Below are positions 52,617-64,000 of a DNA stretch of 64,000 nucleotides, piece after piece. The stretch is from assembly GCA_015680685.1 (NCBI GenBank), contig MNCI01000461.1:214607-278606 (forward strand). Reading direction: 5' to 3'. Positions within the stretch are counted from its first letter, which is position 1, and every line of letters begins with the position of its first letter. The position numbers and the translations under genes are program-made. The DNA comes from Gnetum montanum (lineage: Eukaryota > Plantae > Gnetophyta). The notes beneath the pieces are model-generated. The model was not told the origin of the DNA. It searched no databases and worked only from the letters and a program-made list of their open reading frames with translations.

Positions 52617-54659
52617 TACACCCATGACTGAATGAAAAATCGTCCTCAAGTTCCTTACAAAATATTGGGAAGGTATGAGATTATTGATTGAATGACCATT
52701 GATGGTGGAATGGGGTGATAGACTCAATGTGCCCAGTGAATGGATCAAAAATACAATACATGGAAACATTAGTGTTCATGATCACAAAAGTGAACACTGT
52801 ACATGAATGACATCTAGCCTTATTTGGTAGCTAGAAGAGATTGAGAAAGAGAGAAAAGAAGATGTGTTGCTGTCGATGCCAAGATTGTGCCTTCCATTGT
52901 TTATTCATAGCTACGCTACCAATCTTTCTCCTTTCGTAAACGTTCCAATTCTAGTCCTTACTAAATGTTTTCTCCAGGCCCAGTCCCTTGTTGTATGATT
53001 TCCATCTGGACACACAACACAGTCACAAGTGAGTAAGGGTAGATAAATCACAATGTAGTTAATACCTTGCCTCAATGTAAAGTGCATTGGCTGAGTTGTC
53101 GTTATGGTAGATACTGATTCTAGAGTTTTAACACTGGTGACTACCTAAGGTATAGGGGTTAGGAAAAATTAAAAAATTTGGGCTCAAGCTCCCATGACTA
53201 AGAGAGAACCTTCGATAGCGATAGGATGGAAAAAGACAAGAAATAAGAAGGTTGAGAAAAAGTAACAATAACAACGCCAATAAAATGGATGTCATGGATG
53301 GAGATGAAACAAAAAAAATTGATTGATTATAGGAAATGTTTAAGAAAAATACTTTAACAAATGCATCAAAAAGGAATGCCAGTGGGCCCTCCCCAAAGTA
53401 GGTTCATGCCCTTGATGGCCTAACAGACCCACAAACCAAAGAGTCCGTAGATTCTAGGAATGTCATTTGGAAGCAAGAGTTAAAAAATTCCCCCATAAGA
53501 ACTTACCAAGGAAGAACAATGCATCAACCAAGATACAGACTAATGATAAAACCAGCAATGAGGTGAAAAATGGAAAAGAAAGGTGGAGAGGAGAGAATGG
53601 AATGGAAACCCAAGAAGAAGGTTGGGTAAAGTCCCTTATGTATTTCATGGTTAATGTGACTGAGTAGAACTCATTCCAAATCTAGGCTCAACAACCACGT
53701 ACAGTGACCTCGCATTAAAACATTTGACCAACCTATCCTCTTGAAGCAACAAGAATTCCTCTACAAAAATTCACCACAATTCTAAGGAGAGTGAGATGGA
53801 GAACCAAGAAGTGAGAAAGGGCCTTAGTTAGAGGGAATCTTCAAACATGGGTAACATGTCTTTCCAGTGCCATAACTAGTGCATGTAGCCCAAGTTCATT
53901 ATTATGTCTAAGGGGTGTGCTTTGAATTCTCACTATTCTTTTTTTTTTGTGTTTTTCGCATAAGAACCACACCATGCAAAGACTTATTTTTATGTACTTG
54001 ACTTCCAGTGATTTGATGAATGGTTAGAATGGCAGAAAACCAAAGGAAAAAGCATCTAAGCACTCAAGAGAATAGCCAGCACAAATGCATCTAATCCTTT
54101 TGAAGTCACACCCTTTTCATCCCTTGAGTCCTTCCTTAGTTTGAGAAATACCCAACCACCAATTCATTAACAATTTTATTAGAGAAAGTGACTGTATAGT
54201 TCCAAGCCAAGGGAGACCATAGGATTTTATGGATGTATGAATGATGTGGACTCATTGCCTGTTTAGTCAAAAGAACCATACCTTACTATCAACATCATAC
54301 TTCAAAGGTAAAATCCAAACATTAGCAATCAATATGATATTATTCATGCCACCATCATGAACACTTATTAGGTGATGAACAAAACAAAATAAAGTAATCA
54401 CACAGAGAAATTGTAAAAATATGAATGATTATGTAAAACAAAAAAGAAAAAGAAAGATCAAAAAAATGTACAAAACAAAAATGTGTAAAATAAAAAATGC
54501 GTAAAACAAAAATTTAGAAAGAGTTGAGGGTCTTCAATGATTAGCAGAGGTGGCCATCTTCCCCATGACTGAGTTGGAAGGAGGAGATCCAAAATAATGA
54601 GCAAGGTTGCCCACCTACAAAGGTAGCATCTGTTCTGGCTGTCCTAAACTCATGGAATG

Positions 54660-57600
54660 GTTTTATTTATTGCACATTGATTAACATTCTTTTATCTAGG
54701 CTCTCAAGTTTATATATGGTCATGGCTCCTGAAGGGAAAGTTGCATAGATAATGTAACATCCTTCCCACAATGTTTGAAATTTGGTACATTGTGATACAT
54801 GTGTGGGGTTCCAGTAGAGAACCTTATCTCCTGGCTGGTACTTAACTCTCCTAATTTTTAGGTCATAACGTTGTTTATTGAATGCCTTGTGCAACTCATT
54901 AGATGATAGTGTAACTAGTCAGTTCTCACCTAGCAAGTTAAGAGTCATCAACCTTTGTTTTTATGCTAGATCAAGGTCAAGGTTGAGGTCATGTGTCGTG
55001 GCTAGTGTATGGAGCTCAGTTTGGATAGGGAGTGTTGGAAGTTTTTCATACACTAACTCATAGGGAGAGTAGCCTTTAGGGAGTTTCCATGTGGAGTGGT
55101 ATGCCCAAAGAGCATCACTCATTTTAGTGCTCCAATCTCGCCTATACTTGCTAATGGTTCTGGTCAGTATCTTAGTAATCTCCCTATTGGTGACCTCAGC
55201 CTGACCGTTTGCTTGGGGGTGGTATAGTGTAGTTAATTTGTGCTTAACCCCTAAGCGTTGCATTAACTTCCAAAAATTTGCACCTATGAAGTGTGTTCCA
55301 TTATCTGAGATAAGTGCACATGATACACCAAACCTATTGATGACTTGTTGTTGAACAAATCATGCAACTGTAGATGATGTGCAATCTTTAAAGGTAGATG
55401 CTTTAGTCTATTTTGTTAAGTAGTCTATGGCAATTATGATGTAAGCTTTTCCATTGGACATTGGTGTAATGGACCCCATGAAATAAATTCCCCAAATGTT
55501 GAAGGGTTCTAATGGTCGAATCCATTGTTGTTGACCCTTCATTCTAGTAGTTATTCCCCCATCATGTTGATAGCATTCACAAGATTGGACAAATTGATGG
55601 GTGTCCTAGAACAAAGTAGGCCAATAATACCCTGCAAGCAGGATCTTGATGGTTGTTTATCTCCGAACATAATGACCCCCACAAGGGCCCTCATGAGCAT
55701 CTTGGAGAACTCTTAATTGATGTCTATCAGGAACACACCATAGAACTAAGCCATCGGGACATACTTTGTAAAGTTGTCCATTGATCTCCATAAAGTACTT
55801 AGCTCTGTGAAGAAACCATTATGTCTTCTTAAGGTCTAACTCTTGTGGTGTTTATTGGGAAAAGAGATAGGTAAGAATGCTACTATACCAATTTTTCTCC
55901 ATGGGTGATTGGTTATTCACTACATCGGCAAAGAGGAACTCATCAAGGAAATTATTTGAAATTGGATACACATCCTCTTTGCTATCCCAGCGCAACCAAG
56001 GTAAATCATCAGCAACTACGTTCTTGGTGCCTTTATGATCAATCATTGTTAAATCAAACTCTTGTAGGATTACCAGCCATCATATAATATGATGTCTTAT
56101 CATTGGCTTATTCATGATGAACCAGATTGCACTATGATCTGTGTGTATGAATACTTTGTACCCCAATACATAGTGTCTAAATTTTTCTAGTCCAAACACT
56201 ACAACCATTTATTCTTTTTCTATAGTAGTGTAGTTAAGTTATGTACCAGCTATACTTTTACTTGCACCATGGATGTAATAAGGATGTTTTTGGTCATCTA
56301 ACTATGTAAGTCCGACTCTTAAGGCATAGTTGGATGCATCAGTCATGACATGGAACAGTCTGGACTAGTTAGGAGCTTGTAGAATGGGTGTTTCTACCAG
56401 ATTCTATTTTAGAGTTTGGAAAGCTAGTTCGCATTCCTTGGGCCACTTGAAGGGTGAATCCTTTTTTGTTAGCTCTACCAATGGTTTGGCAATCTTCAAA
56501 AAGTTCCCTATGAATCTCCTATAGTAGCCAGTGTGTCCAAGGAATGACCGAATGTCTTTGATAGTTTCCAGTTGACGAGTGATTCCTTGAATGACTTGAT
56601 TTTTTTAGGATCTACCTCTATCCCTGCATGTGAAATTTTATGCCCAAGTACTACATCTTCTTGGATCATAAAATGGCTTTATTGCCAGTTGAGTCTTAAA
56701 TTAGTTTCTACACATCTTTTCAACACTTGCTCTAATTGGTCCAAGGCTTAATCAAAGCTTGCTCCATAAGTGGAGAAGTCATCCATAAATACTTCCACAC
56801 CATTTCCTATTTTTTGTTGGAATATACTTAGAACTAAGCGTTGAAATGTTGTAGGGGCATTGCACAAGCCAAACAGAATTTGTTTGTATGCAAACATTCC
56901 CCAAGGATTAGTGAACATAGTTTTGGCTTGGTCTTCTAGGGCTATTTGTATTTGGTTGTATCCACTATATCCATCAAGAAAACTATAATAGCGATGCCCT
57001 ACAATTGTGTCTAAGACTTGGTCAACAAATGGCAATGGAAAGTGATCCTTGAATGTTGCCATGTTTATTAGCTTAAAATCTATGCACACCCTCCATTTGC
57101 CTCCATTTTTAGGCACAATTACTAAGGGGCTAACCCATTCACTATTAGCAATGAGGTATATGAACCCAGCCTTTAGAAGCTATTCAATTTCTTCTTTTAC
57201 TACTTGCTTCAACTTTGGGTTCAATCGCCTCTATGGTTGTTTTCGAGGCTTCATGGAGGAGTCAGTGTAAATCCTATGCTAGCATATCCTAGGATATATT
57301 CCTGTTAATTCTAGATATGACCAAGTGAAGGCTTTTGACCATTTATTTATTACCTTTAGTAGACTCTCCTTTTGTTGCAGAGCAAGTCTTAGTTTGATGA
57401 TTACTAATTTTCCATTCTTAAGGACCGTGTATTCCATACTGGTGGGTAATGATTTTAGCTCTAGGGGCTCTTGTTTAAATTTCTTAGGAATTTCCAACTT
57501 CCCCCAGTTGATGTTTTCTAAGTTAGAATTGGGAAGTTGGCAGTGGAATTACTCTAATGCATCTATGCTATCTATGTAAGCGCAAGTCAAACCCTTAGTT

Positions 57601-60430
57601 AGTTCCATGCATATAAGTGAGTTACTTTCTTGATCAGCTATCAACCATTGGGTGTCTTCTTATCATGTGGCTGCTACATATAGGAACCTTTGTATGTTGA
57701 TCATTTTTGCACACTGATTGCATGTAGGAAATGTTAAGCTTTGCACTACCCATGATCTCTACACGCAATTGCACCCTGTGTCACTATATGCGATGCATGG
57801 AACCTTCTTCTTTTTGATCTTTTTAAAAGTATTTTCCTTAGATATTTCTAGGGAAAGATTGTAGATACCTAGGTGCACATCGATAGTGGTTAGCCATGCC
57901 CTTCCCATTATGATTGGGAAGTCTCCTTTACTATTGTTCACTTGAATCACCAAGAAGTCAACTAGATACAACCATCCACAAATAGTGATAAGAATGTCCT
58001 CCACTAATCCCAAGGGAACTGTGATGGACTGGTCAACCAACTCTAAATGAACATTTATCTTTTTTAATGGGGGTAGGTTCTAGGCCTTATACATTTCTTA
58101 GGATATTAGGTTAACACCAGAACTTGAATCCAAAAGAGCTTTGCATGGCTTATTCCTAGTGATTTGTAGATATATTAGGGAACTCCTAAGATTAGAGAAT
58201 TTCCTAGGAAGGTGGCCATATTTAATCTAATCAGTAATAACATGTGTTAATATGACCGTATGCGTTGAATGCAGTGTTAAATTTGAAGGGGGCTCTAAAG
58301 CTTTGGTTGATATGAAGATGTCCAAAGACTCAGCCACTTGGGGTTGCAAAGGCTTGGTTGGACTATTGGTTCTGAAGAAAGATCTTTTCTTCATACAATT
58401 GTCAAAACCAACAGTAGGTTAAGGATTATCATCCCTTGTGGCATTGCGTTGCTGTGGTTGAGCAAGGAGTTCACCTTGCATTGTTGGAGTAGGTGGTAAT
58501 GAAGCTATTGGTGGGAGAGATGCGATAAGATTGGAAGGATGATACACTTGTGGAATGTTGCCCCTAGGAGAGGGAGTCCTATAGTACTTTCAAGCTTGGT
58601 AGTGATGTTGGAGAGTAACGTGACCAACAAACTCATGTGGAGAGATTGGATGTTGCACGTAATATCCATATGGGTTAGGTTGCCGGTAAGGATATTGTTG
58701 CCTTGGTGATGGCATTTGCCATGATCATGGGTGTTACCACTATTGATGTTGCTCAATTGGTTATGGTGGAGTTCCATTTGGATAATATGTTAGAGGTTGG
58801 TGGAACTACCTTGGGGATAAGGTAACCGTCGGGATGTTTTCCATTTATTTAAATGTGGGTAAGTGCATACACCCCAGACTCCTACAGATGTGAGATCATA
58901 GGGCAACATCCATTAGGATGGTCATATTGACATATCTCACATCTACTATCATCATCTATATCTGAGTCCATAACCTCTTCAGTAATAGCAACTTTACCCT
59001 TACCCTTGTTACGTGTATTTTTTGCTTCTCTCTTTTTTCTTTTCTCACGATCACTACCTTGCTTTCTAGATTCCTCTAATACTTTGAGAACTATTTGAAA
59101 CCTACTATCCAAGGAGTCCCACATTTGGTCTACCTTTGCTGATACTTCTGATGCTAAGTTTTGGATAGGAAAGGTTTTCCTATTCACCATCTCTACAAGT
59201 GGTAACTCTTCCTCATCCTCACAAAATCTTACTCCCTTCTTTCAGAGGGAAGGATCTAAGTTATATTCTTCCACACACTCTCTCTTTTGTAGCTCACCTT
59301 CTTCCTTAGCAACTTGTTCCAGTAGTTTGTGAATTTGATGAGACCTAAGCTGGGATAACCTTTCTTGGGCATAAGTTCGAAGGGTTCTTCTCATTTCATG
59401 CCTAAGCCCATCTATGAGATGGTGTAGCTGATCCCATTGTGAATAACCATAGCCAGGACAACGATGTAATAGTGCATAATAGTGGCTCATGGAAGTATCC
59501 AAGGCTCATGACTTTCTTGTTTCCATCCTTGGATTTGCTTTCATAAGTTAGACACCCGGGAGTACATTTGGTACTTATTGTTGAACAGTTCTAACATAGT
59601 ACTCCACCTATGAATGGATTCCAATTATAAGGACTAATACCAACTTTTAGCTTCTTTTATTAGTGTCTGTGAGAACAACTTAAGTTTTTTCCACTCATTT
59701 TCTATGTTTTGCAAGGCACGCACATCATGAAATGCTTGTAAGTGATTTTGAGGATTAGTGTTATATCCCCCTTTAAATCGTGGGATGTTATTCTTGTCTA
59801 ACCTCTTAATCCTACTATCTTTTTGGTGCCTTGTTGGAACTCTCACAGCCTCAATTATATCTAACATGCTTCACGTGGCGAGTAGGGGTTCATCATGATC
59901 ATCTTGTTTACAATGTCTATAGTGCCTACGTGGTTCCCTACTCTCCCTTCTTCTATGGCATGATTCCCTAGAGTGCCCTTATCCTCTATCTTGGCTATCT
60001 TGTCTGACTTCCACTTTGTTTATCCTTATCCTCACGATCTATTTCTCTATGGCTACGTTTGGACACTAAAGGAGAGGGTGAAGGAGATGATGAAGGTGAA
60101 GGAGAAGGAGAACCGCCACAATGATAGTGTCTACTATCTTCTCTTTGGTGTTCTCTGCCTTGATTGTGATTGTGATTAGAATGCCCACCTTTATCATGTG
60201 TCCTTGTTCCTTTTTCGAACACTTTTTATCCATTGGTATCAGCACTTGGGTTGTGAAAAGTAGAATGAAGGTTTTGATACACAATCATTTGGCCAAAGTC
60301 AAGGGGAGGAACATTGTTATGTGGGTGAGTACCTAAGGTAGGTTCATCACCCTCAATTTCGCTTAAAACATGGGGGGCATTCTTAGACCATTTTCCCTTT
60401 AAGGACTTATGGTGTCTCTCTTGTTGCAAA
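54660..60430 (-). pseudogene. gag-pol of gypsy C (gag, protease, RT, RNase H, integrase), disrupted
   Basis: Gag ORFs 59634-59867, 59242-59502 and 58882-59190 (CEICQYDHPNGCC); protease ALLDSSSGVN; RT KDHFPLPFVDQVL...FLDGYSGYNQI...VFMDDF; RH TDASNYA; integrase YHPQANGQAEVTNREI; GPF-like tail. Confidence 0.93.
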
Positions 60431-60909
60431 TCCCTTTTACATTGCACTTATGTGGGATGATAGTCTCTCAAATCATAGTCCTATGTAATGTACTCTGCAT
60501 GTAAGTGTTGCATGCCTATTTGTGTAAGAGCATAAAGGAGCATACTTGGGACTGAATGGTCGAGAGGTAACACTATGTTACCTTCCAAGTCATGCCAATG
60601 TAGCTATTCATCTTGGTGGAGGATAAAGGTGAAGTTGGGTACATATTCATTGGGATGAATATATACCACACAAAACTATTGAGGGATTAGCAGGTCAATG
60701 TCATGTGCATCCTGCTGTCAATTGCTTCTTGTGTTAGTCCTAGGTGGTAAAGTGCTTTTGTGTGAAGAAGAAGACATCTTGTCTTGTTTAGTGTGCAATA
60801 TACTATTATCTTTTTCTTAAGCAACCCTAAGGGTTCATTCCAATGATGTAAATTATTTCCTAAGTTCTACTTAGCACACAAACAACTAAGTCCCTGGCAA
60901 CAGCACCAA

Positions 60910-61703
60910 TGATGAGCGACGACATACCCCTACGCTCAACCATACAAATACGAGCATTTCACACATGATTTGGTCAAATTCCAAGGACTAAGTGCTATGC
61001 ACCTTTGTGGAATGATAACAGGTTTGTTAATCATTGTCTTTCAAAACTTACTTGTATGTCATGGTTGTATGGTAAAGTAAGCTTGAGGCATATCATTTTT
61101 ATGGTTTTTATGTGTTTTATATCCTATGCTAGTAAGGAGGGGGAGAGAGATAGCTAAGTAACTAATCTAATTTAATTACTCGTTAACTAAGTTCTAAGTA
61201 CTCCTAACACTAGTATCCGTTGCCACTTGTCGTACACATCCTAAACCAGTGCAACACTGCTGGGATTACCAAATGCTAATCGTTACTAGGTTACCAAGCA
61301 CTACACACATGCTCGAAGTGGTCATACTGAGTGTATTTAACTAAGAGAGTTGTAGGGTGAGAGAAATAATTAACTAATCTAGGAAAGAATTAAATAATAA
61401 TTAACACTAATTAATATATTCTGTATGCTGCAAGGTTTATCATAAAGTTCATCTTTATTACCGTACACAAAGTGTGCTCAGGTACACAATGTTTGAATAA
61501 AGATCCATTCACTCTATGACTCCTACTGTAGACACGCAGAAATAATTCTAACTTTGGAGGGAAATTTTGGCTAAGGAACTAAATTCTAATGTGTAAACCA
61601 AGGATGCCACCTCTTATTTATAGGCAAGGAGACAGACGCGATATCGTGTATTCGACATTGCATGGTTGATTTGATATCGCAGATGCGATATCACGGTTCA
61701 TTA
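60910..61703 (-). repeat. 5' LTR of gypsy C
   Basis: Adjacent to the PBS, with a TATAAAT box on - at ~61617-61623. Confidence 0.93.
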
Positions 61704-62197
61704 GTAGCTAGTATTGAGTTGTTGGGCTTTAGATGCATAGGAAAAGTAAGATCTATAGAAATTCAATGTCATAGAAGATCTTTATTGCACTTTACTAGAC
61801 TCATAGCATAGATATAAAGATAACCTTAGTAAATTATGAAAAATTCTAATAATACTACAAGATGGATAACAGTTACTTGGACCAATGTTACCCTTTCCTT
61901 ATCAAAGTCTCTCATAGTTAATATACCATGTTCATGTATAGTTGAAACTCTTCAAACTTTGGTCACATATATTCATGCAAGTAGCTAGGAAGGTATCTTC
62001 ATGGTTGCACAATTCATCTTGAATATAATGTGCATCTCGTAATGACTCGTGGTTCTTACTAGATTGTGGCTCAGGGTTCATCATCAAATTATATTAGGTC
62101 CTTTATTTTGATTAGTCCTATAACATGGTTTACTTTAATACCAATTATAACATCTCATTGCTAAATATCATGGAAAATTCCATATATACATAACAAT

Positions 62198-62473
62198 CAA
62201 CATTATGCATAAAGAATATAAAAGCAAAATTATAGAAAAAACTAAAAATAATGTTTTATTAATGTGGAAATAATGTATTTGGATCACATTCTTTGGGTTG
62301 CTTAGGGTTTTCTTCCTTCAAAATCTATTCCTTAGAGGTAATTTAACACTTCTATCATAATTAGGCTTGTAGGCAGGTAGAAGGGATGACTAGTTTCCTT
62401 CCTATCCCACTTCACTTGATACTCATTACTTGCCACTCTTAACTATGTGACTCCATGCTATCAAAACCTCTAA
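62198..62473. repeat. ~280-bp dispersed direct repeat, copy 2
   Basis: Matches 41010-41285. Confidence 0.8.
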
Positions 62474-62659
62474 TGCTTAGGTATAAATACCTTAGGTCAA
62501 ATCCCCAAAGGTCACTTAAAGAGACATGCCTATTATTACAACATTCCCTTTTGGGTCTTATTACAACTTGCTCTTTTTGTTCTTATTGCATTAATTACAT
62601 CATTTGTTACAAAGTGACACCTTCTTTATTATAGAATGACACCATTTAGGAATGGGGAC

Positions 62660-63700
62660 ATGGTAACTAAAGTTCCTAATGAGCCTCATATGAAATCCAA
62701 TCAATCTAAGAAATTAACATAATTCACAAACATTCTTTAATGTAGGTCATTCTTTTATATTCTCACATTTGTTTTGTTCATCTTCACTTGATTTTTAGAG
62801 CTCATATATTTCAATTATGTGATCTTCTTCTTCATAAAGTTGCATTTCTTAGTGTTGATGACTAATAGTACATCATATAATTTTTAGTATACCATATTTA
62901 AATGATTAATGTGATCCTTATTATTAGAGTTGTATACCAAGATATTATCAAAGGAAACAATGAAAATTTTTTCAATAAACTCCTTGAGCACATCATGCAT
63001 CAATTTCATGAATGTAGTAGGGACATTGGTCAATTCAAGTACCATCACAAGTTGTTCAAACAAATTATCAAGTGTTATGAACATTATTTTTCATTTATCA
63101 CCTTGCCTCATTCTAATTTGATGATATTATTTTTGTATATTAATTTTATTAAACATCTCTACATGATTAATAACATTAAGAATGTCATTCATTTTTTGGA
63201 ATTGAAAAATGATACCTCACCATGATCCGATTCACTACTCTAAGTCAATGGACATACTCCATTCTTCATTTTCTTTCTTAGAAACTATCACTAATGAAAT
63301 TCACATGATGAGATACATTCCCTCACAAATCCATTTGCAAGTAGTTCCTCTACTTGCCTTTGTAATTATACCCTTTAATTTAGTGCCATATGATATGCCC
63401 TTTCATTTGGAATTGTATTCACTAGTACAAAGTTAACTTGATGTTTCACATTCATCATTGGTGACAAATCATCTAATTCTCTCATAGAAATATTTGAGAA
63501 TTATTTTAAAATCCATTGAATTAATGCTAAAAGGTAAAATTTCTCAACTATTCTTGGTGCAATTGTGGATACCACTGTATATCCAAGACTTGCTTCTTCA
63601 TGATTCTTGATGTATTCTCTCTTATTAAGAAGTATCAACTATGCATTTATTAAGAACTAATTCCTCACTTCCTCAAATATTATTTGAATTAATTCATGAA
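62660..63700 (-). pseudogene. Ty3/gypsy RT remnant, probable upstream half of the chromovirus pol at 38950-40940
   Basis: ORF 62884-63084 EQLVMVLELTNVPTTFMKLMHDVLKEFIEKIFIVSFDNILVY resembles EWLVMPFGLTNAPSTF...YLDDIL. It ends RLIRNFS at ~62670, where the other half resumes with PMFALLMKDKTF. Confidence 0.72.
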
Positions 63701-64000
63701 TTTCATGATCTTTATGAACTTACAATACATTTCTATCATCATAAAATTTATCATCATTATCAAAATTCTCAAATATTTCTAATATTACATCAACACAATT
63801 AGTTTGCAAGACACCACAAACAATATGATTAACATAGCTAGAAATTTTAAATTTTAAAACACATTTTTATCTAACATATTGAGAGAAATCTCTTCACAAA
63901 CAATTCATATCATATGATCTAGGATGAGAATGAGTTACTAATCCCAAACTAGTAAATTTCTTAGAAGAAATGACACTCTCTTGAGAGCCCTCATCAAGTA

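Larger units (their letters stand above)
51811..61703 (-). mobile_element. Athila-like Ty3/gypsy element C (gag-pol, no accessory ORF), best preserved of the three
   Basis: LTRs at 51811-52616 and 60910-61703, flanks GTAGG/GTAGC, PBS TGGTGCTGTTGCCAGGGA (60891-60908, -), PPT-like CATGGGTGTA. Confidence 0.94.

Overview
This AT-rich, CpG/CHG-depleted eukaryotic (land-plant-type) window contains no intact host gene, RNA gene or CRISPR array that I can support. It is a stack of nested, decayed transposable elements, and most junctions can be resolved by LTR ends, primer-binding sites (PBS) and target-site duplications (TSD). The components are: (1) a Sirevirus-like Ty1/copia family with two full copies (5358-11873 +, 41634-48257 -), a solo LTR and a 3' LTR at the window start; both full copies have gag and an accessory ORF but no pol, and their LTRs hold 20-bp-phased AGACGTCT palindrome arrays; (2) three related Athila-like Ty3/gypsy elements with different gene sets: A has gag-pol plus accessory ORF, B has gag plus accessory ORF without pol and sits inside A's accessory ORF, and C has gag-pol without the accessory ORF; (3) older hosts split by these insertions, namely a DDE transposase gene and a chromodomain-bearing gypsy pol; (4) an RTEX/CR1-like LINE remnant and a very degraded copia RT remnant. 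The most interesting signal is the repeated 'gag + accessory ORF, no pol' design in two superfamilies, together with phased CpG palindromes and shared non-coding blocks. All translations and alignments were done by eye and no database search was run.
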